Positions 1-13,709 of a stretch of DNA of 64,000 bases are shown in pieces. The DNA is from Eledone cirrhosa. Its lineage: Eukaryota. The stretch covers positions 129,084,001 through 129,148,000 of the forward strand of contig OZ024744.1 in the NCBI GenBank assembly GCA_964016885.1. The letters are read 5' to 3'. The notes below the pieces were generated by a model that saw nothing but the letters and a program-made list of their open reading frames with translations, did no database searches and had not been told where the DNA came from. Within the stretch, counting starts at the first letter, position 1. Each line of letters begins with the position of its first letter. The position numbers were made by a program, and so were the translations under genes.

Positions 1-3000
1 ATTTAAATTGGGGTTAATTTAAATTTGTTGTTAAGTTAAGTTGGGGTTAATTTAAGTTGGGGTTAAGTTAAGTTGGGGTTGAGTTAAGTTGGGGTTGAGT
101 GAAGTTGGGGTTAAGTTAAGTTGGGGTTGGGTTGAGTTAAGTTGGGGTTAATTTAAGTTGGGGCTAAGTTCATTTGGGGTTCAGTTAAGTTGGGGTTAAA
201 TTAAGTTGGGGTTAAGTTAAGTTGGGGTTAAATTAAGTTGGGGTTAAGTTAAGTTGGGGTTAAGTTAAGTTGGGGTTAAGTTAATTTGGGGTTAAGTGAA
301 GTTAGGGTTAAGTTAAGTTGGGGTTGAGTTAAGTTGGGGGTAAGTTAAGTTGGGGTTATGTTAAGTTGGGGTTACGTTAAGTTGGGTTTAAGTTAAGTTG
401 GGGTTAAGTTAAGTTGGGGTTAAGTTAAGTTGGTGTTAATTTAAGTTGGGGTTAAGTTAAGTTGGGATTAATTTAAGTTGGGGTTAAGTTAAGTTGGGGT
501 TAAGTTAAGTTGGGGTTAAATTAAGTTGGGGTTAAGTTAAGTTGGGGTTAAGTTAAGTTGGGGTTAAGTTAATTTGGGGTTAAGTTAAGTTAGGGTAAAG
601 TTAAGTTGGGGTTGAGTTAAGTTGGGGTAAGTTAAGTTGGGGTTAAGTTAAGTTGGGGTTAAGTTAAGTTGGGGTTAAGTTAAGTTAGGCTTAACTTAAG
701 TTGGGGTTAAGTTAAGTTGGGGGTGAGTTAAGTTGGGGGTAAGTTAAGTTGGGGTTAAGTTAAGTTGGGGTTAAGTTGGGGTTAAGTTAAGTTAGGGTTA
801 AGTTAATTTGGGGTTGAGTTAAGTTGGGGTTAAGTTAAGTGGTGGTTATGTTAAGTTGGGGTTAAGTTAAGTTGGGGTTAATTTAAATTGGGGTTAATTT
901 AAATTTGTTGTTAAGTTAAGTTGGGGTTAATTTAAGTTGGGGTTAAGTTAAGTTGGGGTTGAGTTAAGTTGTGGTTGAGTGAAGTTGGGGTTAAGTTAAG
1001 TTGGGGTTAAATTAAGTTGGGGTTAAGTTAAGTTGGGGTTGAGTTAAGTTGGGGTTAATTTAAGTTGGGGCTAAGTTAATTTGGGGTTAAGTTAAGTTGG
1101 GGTTAAATTAAGTTGGGGTTAAGTTAAGTTGGGGTTAAGTTAAGTTGGGGTTAAGTTAATTTGGGGTTAAGTGAAGTTAGGGTTAAGTTAAGTTGGGGCT
1201 GAGTTAAGTTGGGGGTAAGTTAAGTTGGGGTTATGTTAAGTTGGGGTTAAGTTAAGTTGGGGTTAAGTTAAGTTGGGGTTCAGTTAAGTTGCGGTTAAGT
1301 TAAGTTGGGGTTAAGTTAAGTTGGGGTTAAGTTAAGTTGGGGTTAATTTAAGTTGGGGTTAAGTTAAGTTGGGGTTAAGTTAATTTGTGGTTAAGTTAAG
1401 TTGGGGTTAAGTTAAGTTGGGGTTAAATTCAGTCGGGGTTAAGTTAAGTCGGGGTTAAGTTACGTTGGGGTTAAGTTAAGTTGGGGTTAAGTTAAGTTGG
1501 GGTTGAGTTAAGTTGGGGTTAAGTTAAGTTGGGGTTAAGTTAAGTTGGGGTTAAGTTAAGTTGGGGTTAAGTTAAGTTGGGGTTAATTTAAGTTGGGGTT
1601 AAGTTAAGTTGGGGTTAATTTAAGTTGGGGTTAATTTAAGTTGGGGTTAAGTTAAGTTGGGGTTAAGTTAAGTTGGGGTTAAGTTAAGTTGGGGTTAAGT
1701 TGGGGTTAAGTTAAGTTAGGGTTAACTTAAGTTGGGGTTGTGTTAAGTGGTGGTTATGTTAAGTGGTGGTTATGTTAAGTTGGGGTTAAGTTAAGTTGGG
1801 GTTAAGTTAAGTTGGGGTTAAGTTAAGTTGGGGTTAAGTTAATTAGGGTTAAGTTAAGTTGGGTTTAAGTTAAGTTGGGGTTAAGTTAATTTGTGGTTAA
1901 GTTAAGTTGGGGTTAAGTTAAGTTGGGGTTAAGTTAAGTTGGGGATACGTTAAGTTGGGGATAAGTTAAGTTGGGGTTAATTAAGTTGGGTTTAAGTTAA
2001 GTTGGGGTTAAGTTAAGTCGGGGTTAAGTTAAGTTGGGGTTAAGTTAAGTTGGGGGTAAGATAAGTTGGGGTTAGTTAAGTTGCGGTTAAGTTAAGTTGG
2101 GGTTAAGTTAAGTTGGGGTTAAGTTAAGTTGGGGTTAAGTTAAGTTGGGGTTAATTTAAGTTGGGGTTAATTTAAGTTGGGGTAAAGTTAAGTTGGGGGT
2201 AAGTTAAGTTGGGGTTAAGTTAAGTTGGGGTTAAGTTGGGGTTAAGTTAAGTTAGGGTTAACTTAAGTTGGGGTTGTGTTAAGTGGTGGTTATGTTAAGT
2301 GGTGGTTATGTTAAGTTGGGGTTAAGTTAAGTTGGGGTTAAGTTAAATTGGGGTTAAGTTAAGTTGCGGTTAAGTTAAGTTGGGGTTAAGTTAAGTTGGG
2401 GTTAAGTTAATTAGGGTTAAGTTAAGTTGGGGTTAAGTTAAGTTGGGGTTAAGTTAAGTTGGGGTTAAGTTAATTTGTGGTTAAGTTAAGTTGGGGTTAA
2501 GTTAAGTTGGGGTTAAGTTAAGTTGGGGATAAGTTAAGTTGAGGATAAGTTAAGTTGGGGTTAATTAAGTTGGGTTTAAGTTAAGTTGGGGTTAAGTTAA
2601 GTTGGGGTTAAGTTAAGTTGGGCTTAAGTTAAGTTGGTTAGTTAAGTTGAGTTTAAGTTAAGTTGGGGTTAATTTAAGTTGGGGTTAAGTTAAGTTGGGG
2701 TTAAGTTAATTTGGGGTTAAGTTAAGTTGGGGTTCAGTTAAGTTGGGGTTAAGTTAAGTTGGGGTTAAGTTGGGGTAAAATTAAGTTGGGGTTAAGTTAA
2801 GTTGCGGTTAAGTTAAAATGAGGTTAAGTTAAGTTGGGGTTAAGTTAAGTTGGGGTTAAGTTAAGTTGGGGCTAAGTTAAGTTGGGGCTAAGTTAAGTTG
2901 GGGCTAAGTTAAGTTGGGATTAAGTTAACTTTGGGTTAAGTTAAGTTGGGTTTGAGTTAAGTTGGGGTTAATTAAGTTGGGGTTAAGTTAAGTTGGGGTT

Positions 3001-6000
3001 AAGTTAAGTTGGGGTTAAGTTAAGTTGGGGTTAAGTTAAGTTGATGTTAAGTTAAGTTGGGGTTAATTTAAGTTGGGGTTAAGTTAAGTTGGGGCTAAGT
3101 TAAGTTGGGGTTAAGTTAATTAGGGTTAAGTTAAGTTGGGGTTAAGTTAAGTTGGGGTTAAGTTAAGTTGGGGTTAAGTTAATTTGTGGTTAAGTTAAGT
3201 TGGGGTTAAGTTAAGTTGGGGTTAAGTTAAGTTGGGGATAAGTTAAGTTGAGGATAAGTTAAGTTGGGGTTAATTAAGTTGGGTTTAAGTTAAGTTGGGG
3301 TTAAGTTAAGTTGGGGTTAAGTTAAGTTGGGGTTAAGTTAAGTTGGGGTTAAGTTAAGTTGGTTAGTTAAGTTGAGTTTAAGTTAAGTTGGGGTTAATTT
3401 AAGTTGGGGTTAAGTTAAGTTGGGGTTAAGTTAATTTGGGGTTAAGTTAAGTTGGGGTTCAGTTAAGTTGGGGTTAAGTTGTAGTTGGGGTTAAGTTGGG
3501 GTAAAATTAAGTTGGGGTTAAGTTAAGTTGCGGTTAAGTTAAAATGAGGTTAAGTTAAGTTGGGGTTAAGTTAAGTTGGGGTTAAGTTAAGTTGGGGCTA
3601 AGTTAAGTTGGGGCTAAGTTAAGTTGGGGCTAAGTTAAGTTGGGGTTAAGTTAACTTTGGGTTAAGTTAAGTTGGGTTTGAGTTAAGTTGGGGTTAATTA
3701 AGTTGGGGTTAAGTTAAGTTGGGGTTAAGTTAAGTTGGGGTTAAGTTAAGTTGGGGTTAAGTTAAGTTGATGTTAAGTTAAGTTGGGGTTAATTTAAGTT
3801 GGGGTTAAATTAAGTTGGGGCTAAGTTAAGTTGGAGCTAAGTTAAGTTGGGGCTAAGTTAAGTTGGGGTTAAGTTAAGTTGGGGTTAAGTTAAGGTGGGG
3901 TTAAGTTAAGTTGGGGTCAACTTAAGTTGGGGTTAAGTTAAGTTGGGGTTAACTTAAGTTGGGGTTAAGTTAAGTTGGGGTTAAGTTAAGTTGGGGTTAA
4001 GTTAAGTTGGGGTTACTTTAAGTTGGGGGTAAGTTAAGTTGGTGGTAAGTTAAGTTGGGGGTAAGTTAAGATGGGGTTAAGTTAGGGTTAAGTTAAGTTA
4101 GGGTTAAGTTAATTTGGGGTTGAGTTAAGTTGGGGTTAAGTTAAGTGGTGGTTATGTTAAGTTGGGGTTAAGTTAAGTTGGGGTTAATTTAAATTGGGGT
4201 TAATTTAAATTTGTTGTTAAGTTAAGTTGGGGTTAATTTAAGTTGGGGTTAAGTTAAGTTGGGGTTGAGTTAAGTTGGGGTTGAGTGAAGTTGGGGTTAA
4301 GTTAAGTTGGGGTTGAGTTAAGTTGGGGTTAATTTAAGTTGGGGCTAAGTTCATTTGGGGTTCAGTTAAGTTGGGGTTAAATTAAGTTGGGGTTAAGTTA
4401 AGTTGGGGTTAAATTAAGTTGGGGTTAAGTTAAGTTGGGGTTAAGTTAAGTTGGGGTTAAGTTAATTTGGGGTTAAGTGAAGTTAGGGTTAAGTTAAGTT
4501 GGGGTTGAGTTAAGTTGGGGGTAAGTTAATTTGGGGTTATGTTAAGTTGGGGTTACGTTAAATTGGGTTTAAGTTAAGTTGGGGTTAAGTTAAGTTGGGG
4601 TTAAGTTAAGTTGGGGTTAATTTAAGTTGGGGTTAAGTTAAGTTGGGATTAATTTAAGTTGGGGTTAAGTTAAGTTGGGGTTAAGTTAAGTTGGGGTTAA
4701 ATTAAGTTGGGGTTAAGTTAAGTTGGGGTTAAGTTAAGTTGGGGTTAAGTTAATTTGGGGTTAAGTTAAGTTAGGGTAAAGTTAAGTTGGGGTTGAGTTA
4801 AGTTGGGGTAAGTTAAGTTGGGGTTAAGTTAAGTTGGGGTTAAGTTAAGTTGGGGTTAAGTTAAGTTAGGCTTAACTTAAGTTGGGGTTAAGTTAAGTTG
4901 GGGGTGAGTTAAGTTGGGGGTAAGTTAAGTTGGGGTTAAGTTAAGTTGGGGTTAAGTTGGGGTTAAGTTAAGTTAGGGTTAAGTTAATTTGGGGTTGAGT
5001 TAAGTTGGGGTTAAGTTAAGTGGTGGTTATGTTAAGTTGGGGTTAAGTTAAGTTGGGGTTAATTTAAATTGGGGTTAATTTAAATTTGTTGTTAAGTTAA
5101 GTTGGGGTTAATTTAAGTTGGGGTTAAGTTAAGTTGGGGTTGAGTTAAGTTGTGGTTGAGTGAAGTTGGGGTTAAGTTAAGTTGGGGTTAAATTAAGTTG
5201 GGGTTAAGTTAAGTTGGGGTTGAGTTAAGTTGGGGTTAATTTAAGTTGGGGCTAAGTTAATTTGGGGTTAAGTTAAGTTGGGGTTAAATTAAGTTGGGGT
5301 TAAGTTAAGTTGGGGTTAAGTTAAGTTGGGGTTAAGTTAATTTGGGGTTAAGTGAAGTTAGGGTTAAGTTAAGTTGGGGCTGAGTTAAGTTGGGGGTAAG
5401 TTAAGTTGGGGTTATGTTAAGTTGGGGTTAAGTTAAGTTGGGGTTAAGTTAAGTTGGGGTTCAGTTAAGTTGCGGTTAAGTTAAGTTGGGGTTACGTTAA
5501 GTTGGGGTTAAGTTAAGTTGGGGTTAATTTAAGTTGGGGTTAAGTTAAGTTGGGGTTAAGTTAAGTTGGGGTTAAATTCAGTCGGGGTTAAGTTAAGTCG
5601 GGGTTAAGTTACGTTGGGGTTAAGTTAAGTTGGGGTTAAGTTAAGTTGGGGTTGAGTTAAGTTGGGGTTAAGTTAAGTTGGGGTTAAGTTAAGTTGGGGT
5701 TAATTTAAGTTGGGGTTAAGTTAAGTTGGGGTTAATTTAAGTTGGGGTTAATTTAAGTTGGGGTTAAGTTAAGTTGGGGTTAAGTTAAGTTGGGGTAACG
5801 TTAAGTTGGGGGTAAGTTAAATTGGGGTTAAGTTAAGTTGGGGTTAAGTTGGGGTTAAGTTAAGTTAGGGTTAACTTAAGTTGGGGTTGTGTTAAGTGGT
5901 GGTTATGTTAAGTGGTGGTTATGTTAAGTTGGGGTTAAGTTAAGTTGGGGTTAAGTTAAGTTGGGGTTAAGTTAATTAGGGTTAAGTTAAGTTGGGTTTA

Positions 6001-9000
6001 AGTTAAGTTGGGGTTAAGTTAAGTTGGGGTTGAGTTAAGTTGGGGGTAAGTTAAGTTGGGGTTATGTTAAGTTGGGGTTACGTTAAGTTGGGTTTAAGTT
6101 AAGTTGGGGTTAAGTTAAGTTGGGGTTAAGTTAAGTTGGGGTTAATTTAAGTTGGGGTTAAGTTAAGTTGGGATTAATTTAAGTTGGGGTTAAGTTAAGT
6201 TGGGGTTAAGTTAAGTTGGGGTTAAATTAAGTTGGGGTTAAGTTAAGTTGGGGTTAAGTTAAGTTGGGGTTAAGTTAATTTGGGGTTAAGTTAAGTTAGG
6301 GTAAAGTTAAGTTGGGGTTGAGTTAAGTTGGGGTTGAGTTAAGTTGGGGTAAGTTAAGTTGGGGTTAAGTTAAGTTGGGGTTAAGTTAAGTTGGGGTTAA
6401 GTTAAGTTAGGCTTAACTTAAGTTGGGGTTAAGTTAAGTTGGGGGTGAGTTAAGTTGGGGGTAAGTTAAGTTGGGGTTAAGTTAAGTTGGGGTTAAGTTG
6501 GGGTTAAGTTAAGTTAGGGTTAAGTTAATTTGGGGTTGAGTTAAGTTGGGGTTAAGTTAAGTGGTGGTTATGTTAAGTTGGGGTTAAGTTAAGTTGGGGT
6601 TAATTTAAATTGGGGTTAATTTAAATTTGTTGTTAAGTTAAGTTGGGGTTAATTTAAGTTGGGGTTAAGTTAAGTTGGGGTTGAGTTAAGTTGTGGTTGA
6701 GTGAAGTTGGGGTTAAGTTAAGTTGGGGTTAAATTAAGTTGGGGTTAAGTTAAGTTGGGGTTGAGTTAAGTTGGGGTTAATTTAAGTTGGGGCTAAGTTA
6801 ATTTGGGGTTAAGTTAAGTTGGGGTTGAATTAAGTTGGGGTTAAGTTAAGTTGGGGTTAAGTTAAGTTGGGGTTAAGTTAATTTGGGGTTAAGTGAAGTT
6901 AGGGTTAAGTTAAGTTGGGGCTGAGTTAAGTTGGGGGTAAGTTAAGTTGGGGTTATGTTAAGTTGGGGTTAAGTTAAGTTGGGGTTAAGTTAAGTTGGGG
7001 TTCAGTTAAGTTGCGGTTAAGTTAAGTTGGGGTTAAGTTAAGTTGGGGTTAAGTTAAGTTGGGGTTAAGTTAAGTTGGGGTTGAGTTAAGTTGGGGTTAA
7101 GTTAAGTTGGGGTTAAATTCAGTCGGGGTAACGTTAAGTTGGGGTTAAGTTAAGTTGGGGTTAATTTAAGTTGGGGTTAAGTTAAGTTGGGGTTAATTTA
7201 AGTTGGGGTTAATTTAAGTTGGGGTTAAGTTAAGTTGGGGTTAAGTTAAGTTGGGGTAACGTTAAGTTGGGGGTAAGTTAAGTTGGGGTTAAGTTAAGTT
7301 GGGGTTAAGTTGGGGTTAAGTTAAGTTAGGGTTAACTTAAGTTGGGGTTGTGTTAAGTGGTGGTTATGTTAAGTGGTGGTTATGTTAAGTTGGGGTTAAG
7401 TTAAGTTGGGGTTAAGTTAAGTTGGGGTTAAGTTAAGTTGGGGTTAAGTTAAGTTGGGGATACGTTAAGTTGGGGATAAGTTAAGTTGGGGTTAATTAAG
7501 TTGGGTTTAAGTTAAGTTGGGTTTAAGTTAAGTTGGGGTTAAGTTAATTTGTGGTTAAGTTAAGTTGGGGTTAAGTTAAGTTGGGGTTAAGTTAAGTTGG
7601 GGATACGTTAAGTTGGGGATAAGTTAAGTTGGGGTTAATTAAGTTGGGTTTAAGTTAAGTTGGGGTTAAGTTAAGTCGGGGTTAAGTTAAGTTGGGGTTA
7701 AGTTAAGTTGGGGGTAAGATAAGTTGGGGTTAGTTAAGTTGCGGTTAAGTTAAGTTGGGGTTAAGTTAAGTTGGGGTTAAGTTAAGTTGGGGTTAATTTA
7801 AGTTGGGGTTAATTTAAGTTGGGGTAAAGTTAAGTTGGGGGTAAGTTAAGTTGGGGTTAAGTTAAGTTGGGGTTAAGTTGGGGTTAAGTTAAGTTAGGGT
7901 TAACTTAAGTTGGGGTTGTGTTAAGTGGTGGTTATGTTAAGTGGTGGTTATGTTAAGTTGGGGTTAAGTTAAGTTGGGGTTAAGTTAAATTGGGGTTAAG
8001 TTAAGTTGCGGTTAAGTTAAGTTGGGGTTAAGTTAAGTTGGGGTTAAGTTAATTAGGGTTAAGTTAAGTTGGGGTTAAGTTAAGTTGGGGTTAAGTTAAG
8101 TTGGGGTTAAGTTAATTTGTGGTTAAGTTAAGTTGGGGTTAAGTTAAGTTGGGGTTAAGTTAAGTTGGGGATAAGTTAAGTTGAGGATAAGTTAAGTTGG
8201 GGTTAATTAAGTTGGGTTTAAGTTAAGTTGGGGTTAAGTTAAGTTGGGGTTAAGTTAAGTTGGGCTTAAGTTAAGTTGGTTAGTTAAGTTGAGTTTAAGT
8301 TAAGTTGGGGTTAATTTAAGTTGGGGTTAAGTTAAGTTGGGGTTAAGTTAATTTGGGGTTAAGTTAAGTTGGGGTTCAGTTAAGTTGGGGTTAAGTTAAG
8401 TTGGGGTTAAGTTGGGGTAAAATTAAGTTGGGGTTAAGTTAAGTTGCGGTTAAGTTAAAATGAGGTTAAGTTAAGTTGGGGTTAAGTTAAGTTGGGGTTA
8501 AGTTAAGTTGGGGCTAAGTTAAGTTGGGGCTAAGTTAAGTTGGGGCTAAGTTAAGTTGGGATTAAGTTAACTTTGGGTTAAGTTAAGTTGGGTTTGAGTT
8601 AAGTTGGGGTTAATTAAGTTGGGGTTAAGTTAAGTTGGGGTTAAGTTAAGTTGGGGTTAAGTTAAGTTGGGGTTAAGTTAAGTTGATGTTAAGTTAAGTT
8701 GGGGTTAATTTAAGTTGGGGTTAAGTTAAGTTGGGGCTAAGTTAAGTTGGGGTTAAGTTAATTAGGGTTAAGTTAAGTTGGGGTTAAGTTAAGTTGGGGT
8801 TAAGTTAAGTTGGGGTTAAGTTAATTTGTGGTTAAGTTAAGTTGGGGTTAAGTTAAGTTGGGGTTAAGTTAAGTTGGGGATAAGTTAAGTTGAGGATAAG
8901 TTAAGTTGGGGTTAATTAAGTTGGGTTTAAGTTAAGTTGGGGTTAAGTTAAGTTGGGGTTAAGTTAAGTTGGGGTTAAGTTAAGTTGGTTAGTTAAGTTG

Positions 9001-12000
9001 AGTTTAAGTTAAGTTGGGGTTAATTTAAGTTGGGGTTAAGTTAAGTTGGGGTTAAGTTAATTTGGGGTTAAGTTAAGTTGGGGTTCAGTTAAGTTGGGGT
9101 TAAGTTGTAGTTGGGGTTAAGTTGGGGTAAAATTAAGTTGGGGTTAAGTTAAGTTGCGGTTAAGTTAAAATGAGGTTAAGTTAAGTTGGGGTTAAGTTAA
9201 GTTGGAGTTAAGTTAAGTTGGGGCTAAGTTAAGTTGGGGCTAAGTTAAGTTGGGGCTAAGTTAAGTTGGGGTTAAGTTAACTTTGGGTTAAGTTAAGTTG
9301 GGTTTGAGTTAAGTTGGGGTTAATTAAGTTGGGGTTAAGTTAAGTTGGGGTTAAGTTAAGTTGGGGTTAAGTTAAGTTGGGGTTAAGTTAAGTTGATGTT
9401 AAGTTAAGTTGGGGTTAATTTAAGTTGGGGTTAAGTTAAGTTGGGGCTAAGTTAAGTTGGAGCTAAGTTAAGTTGGGGCTAAGTTAAGTTGGGGTTAAGT
9501 TAAGTTGGGGTTAAGTTAAGGTGGGGTTAAGTTAAGTTGGGGTCAACTTAAGTTGGGGTTAAGTTAAGTTGGGGTTAACTTAAGTTGGGGTTAAGTTAAG
9601 TTGGGGTTAAGTTAAGTTGGGGTTAAGTTAAGTTGGGGTTACGTTAAGTTGGGGGTAAGTTAAGTTGGTGGTAAGTTAAGTTGGGGGTAAGTTAAGATGG
9701 GGTTAAGTTAGGGTTAAGTTAAGTTAGGGTTAAGTTAATTTGGGGTTGAGTTAAGTTGGGGTTAAGTTAAGTGGTGGTTATGTTAAGTTGGGGTTAAGTT
9801 AAGTTGGGGTTAATTTAAATTGGGGTTAATTTAAATTTGTTGTTAAGTTAAGTTGGGGTTAATTTAAGTTGGGGTTAAGTTAAGTTGGGGTTGAGTTAAG
9901 TTGGGGTTGAGTGAAGTTGGGGTTAAGTTAAGTTGGGGTTGAGTTAAGTTGGGGTTAATTTAAGTTGGGGCTAAGTTCATTTGGGGTTCAGTTAAGTTGG
10001 GGTTAAATTAAGTTGGGGTTAAGTTAAGTTGGGGTTAAATTAAGTTGGGGTTAAGTTAAGTTGGGGTTAAGTTAAGTTGGGGTTAAGTTAATTTGGGGTT
10101 AAGTGAAGTTAGGGTTAAGTTAAGTTGGGGTTGAGTTAAGTTGGGGGTAAGTTAAGTTGGGGTTATGTTAAGTTGGGGTTACGTTAAGTTGGGTTTAAGT
10201 TAAGTTGGGGTTAAGTTAAGTTGGGGTTAAGTTAAGTTGGGGTTAATTTAAGTTGGGGTTAAGTTAAGTTGGGATTAATTTAAGTTGGGGTTAAGTTAAG
10301 TTGGGGTTAAGTTAAGTTGGGGTTAAATTAAGTTGGGGTTAAGTTAAGTTGGGGTTAAGTTAAGTTGGGGTTAAGTTAATTTGGGGTTAAGTTAAGTTAG
10401 GGTAAAGTTAAGTTGGGGTTGAGTTAAGTTGGGGTAAGTTAAGTTGGGGTTAAGTTAAGTTGGGGTTAAGTTAAGTTGGGGTTAAGTTAAGTTAGGCTTA
10501 ACTTAAGTTGGGGTTAAGTTAAGTTGGGGGTGAGTTAAGTTGGGGGTAAGTTAAGTTGGGGTTAAGTTAAGTTGGGGTTAAGTTGGGGTTAAGTTAAGTT
10601 AGGGTTAAGTTAATTTGGGGTTGAGTTAAGTTGGGGTTAAGTTAAGTGGTGGTTATGTTAAGTTGGGGTTAAGTTAAGTTGGGGTTAATTTAAATTGGGG
10701 TTAATTTAAATTTGTTGTTAAGTTAAGTTGGGGTTAATTTAAGTTGGGGTTAAGTTAAGTTGGGGTTGAGTTAAGTTGTGGTTTAGTGAAGTTGGGGTTA
10801 AGTTAAGTTGGGGTTAAATTAAGTTGGGGTTAAGTTAAGTTGGGGTTGAGTTAAGTTGGGGTTAATTTAAGTTGGGGCTAAGTTAATTTGGGGTTAAGTT
10901 AAGTTGGGGTTAAATTAAGTTGGGGTTAAGTTAAGTTGGGGTTAAGTTAAGTTGGGGTTAAGTTAATTTGGGGTTAAGTGAAGTTAGGGTTAAGTTAAGT
11001 TGGGGCTGAGTTAAGTTGGGGGTAAGTTAAGTTGGGGTTATGTTAAGTTGGGGTTAAGTTAAGTTGGGGTTAAGTTAAGTTGGGGTTCAGTTAAGTTGCG
11101 GTTAAGTTAAGTTGGGGTTAAGTTAAGTTGGGGTTAAGTTAAGTTGGGGTTAATTTAAGTTGGGGTTAAGTTAAGTTGGGGTTAAGTTAAGTTGGGGTTA
11201 AATTCAGTCGGGGTTAAGTTAAGTCGGGGTTAAGTTACGTTGGGGTTAAGTTAAGTTGGGGTTAAGTTAAGTTGGGGTTGAGTTAAGTTGGGGTTAAGTT
11301 AAGTTGGGGTTAAGTTAAGTTGGGGTTAATTTAAGTTGGGGTTAAGTTAAGTTGGGGTTAATTTAAGTTGGGGTTAATTTAAGTTGGGGTTAAGTTAAGT
11401 TGGGGTTAAGTTAAGTTGGGGTAACGTTAAGTTGGGGGTAAGTTAAATTGGGGTTAAGTTAAGTTGGGGTTAAGTTGGGGTTAAGTTAAGTTAGGGTTAA
11501 CTTAAGTTGGGGTTGTGTTAAGTGGTGGTTATGTTAAGTGGTGGTTATGTTAAGTTGGGGTTAAGTTAAGTTGGGGTTAAGTTAAGTTGGGGTTAAGTTA
11601 AGTTGGGGTTAAGTTAATTAGGGTTAAGTTAAGTTGGGTTTAAGTTAAGTTGGGGTTAAGTTAATTTGTGGTTAAGTTAAGTTGGGGTTAAGTTAAGTTG
11701 GGGTTAAGTTAAGTTGGGGATAAGTTAAGTTGGGGATAAGTTAAGTTGGGGTTAATTAAGTTGGGTTTAAGTTAAGTTGGGGTTAAGTTAAGTCGGGGTT
11801 AAGTTAAGTTGGGGTTAAGTTAAGTTGGTTAGTTAAGTTGAGTTTAAGTTAAGTTGGGGTTAATTTAAGTTGGGGTTAAGTTAAGTTGGGGTTAAGTTAA
11901 GTTGGGGTTCAGTTAAGTTGGGGTTAAGTTAAGTTGGGGTTAAGTTGGGGTAAAATTAAGTTGGGGTTAAGTTAAGTTGGGGTTAAGTTAAGTTGCGGTT

Positions 12001-13709
12001 AAGTTAAGTTGCCGTTAAGTTAAGTTGAGGTTAAGTTAAGTTGGGGTTAAGTTAAGTTGGGGTTAAGTTAAGTTGGGGCTAAGTTAAGTTGGGGCTAAGT
12101 TAAGTTGGGGTTAAGTTAACTTTGGGTTAAGTTAAGTTGGGTTTGAGTTAAGTTGGGGTTAATTAAGTTGGGGTTAAGTTAAGTTGGGGTTAAGTTGGGG
12201 TTAAGTTAAGTTGCGGTTAAGTTAAGTTGATGTTAAGTTAAGTTGGGGTTAAGTTAAGTTGGGGTTAAGTTAAGTTGGGGCTAAGTTAAGTTGGAGCTGA
12301 GTTAAGTTGGGGCTAAGTTAAGTTGGGGTCAACTTAAGTTGGGGTTAAGTTAAGTTGGGGTTAACTTAAGTTGGGGTTAAGTTAAGTTGGGGTTAAGTTA
12401 AGTTGGGGTTAAGTTAAGTTGGGGTTACGTTAAGTTGGGGGTAAGTCAAGTTGGTGTTAAGTTAAGTTGGCGGTAAGTTAAGATGGGGTTAAGTTAAGTT
12501 GGGGTTAATTTAATTTGGGGTTAAGTTAAGTTAGGGTTAAGTTAAGTTGGGGTTGAGTTAAGTTGGGGTTAAGTTAAGTTGGGGTTATGTTAAGTTGGGG
12601 TTAAGTTAAGTTGGGGTTAAGTTAAGTTGGGGTTCAATTAAGTTGCGGATAATTTAAGTTGGGGTTAAGTTAAGTTGGGGTTAAGTTAAGTTGGGGTTAA
12701 GTTAAGTTGGGGTTAAATTAAGTTGGGGTTAAATTAAGTTGGGGTTAAGTTAAGTTGGGGTTATGTTAAGTTGGTGTTAAGTTAAGTTGGGGTTAAGTTA
12801 AGTTGGGGTTAAGTTAGGTTGGTGTTAATTTAAGTTGGGGGTAAGTTAAGTTGGGGTAAGTTAAGTTGGTGTTAAGTTAAGTTGGGGTTAAGTTAAGTTG
12901 GGGTTAAGTTAAGTTGGGTTTAAGTTAAGTTGGGGCTAAGTTAAGTTAGGGCTAAGTTAAGTTGGGGTTAAGTAAAGTTAGGGCTAAGTTAAGTTGGGGT
13001 TAAGTTAAGTTGGGGTTAATTTAAGTTGGGGTTACATTAAGTTGATGTTAAGTTAAGTTGGAGTTAAGTTAAGTTGGGGTTAAGTTAAGTTGGGGTTAAA
13101 TTAAGTTGGGGTTAAATTAAGTTGGGGTTAAGTTAAGTTGGGGTTAAGTTAGGTTGGTGTTAAGTTAAGTTGGGGTTAAGTTAATTTGTGGTTAAGTTAA
13201 GTTGGGGTTAAGTTAAGTTGGGGTTAAGTTCAGTCGGGGTTAAGTTAAGTCGGGGTTAAGTTAAGTTGGGGTTAAGTTAAGTTGCGGTTAAGTTAAGTTG
13301 GGGTTAAGTTAAGTTGGGGTTAAGTTAATTAGGGTTAAGTTAAGTTGGGGTTAAGTTAAGTTGGGGTTAAGTTAAGTTGGGGTTAAGTTAAGTTGGGTTT
13401 AAGTTAAGTTGGGGCTAAGTTAAGTTAGGGCTAAGTTAAGTTGGGGTTAAGTTAAGTTGGGGTTAATTTAAGTTGGGGTTACATTAAGTTGAGGTTAAGT
13501 TAAGTTGTGGTTATGTTAAGTTAGGGTTAATTTAAGTTAGGGTTATGTTAAGTTGGGGTTAAGTTAAGTTGGGGTTAAGTTAGGTTGGTGTTAAGTTAAG
13601 TTGGGGTTAAGTTAAGTTGGGGTTATGTTAAGTTGGGGTTAAGTTAATTTGGGGTTAAGTTAAGTTGGGGGTAAGTTAAGTTGGGTTTGAGTTAAGTTGG
13701 GGTTAAGTT
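1..13709 (+). repeat. 16-bp telomere-like satellite (TTAAGTTAAGTTGGGG)n, block 1, with higher-order structure
   Basis: Continuous tandem monomer (TTAAG)2-TTGGGG with single-base variants (ttgcgg, ttaggg, ttgtgg, ttgagttaag) and occasional 11-bp units TTAAGTTGGGG. The + strand is almost free of C. The block runs off the window start. Confidence 0.98.
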
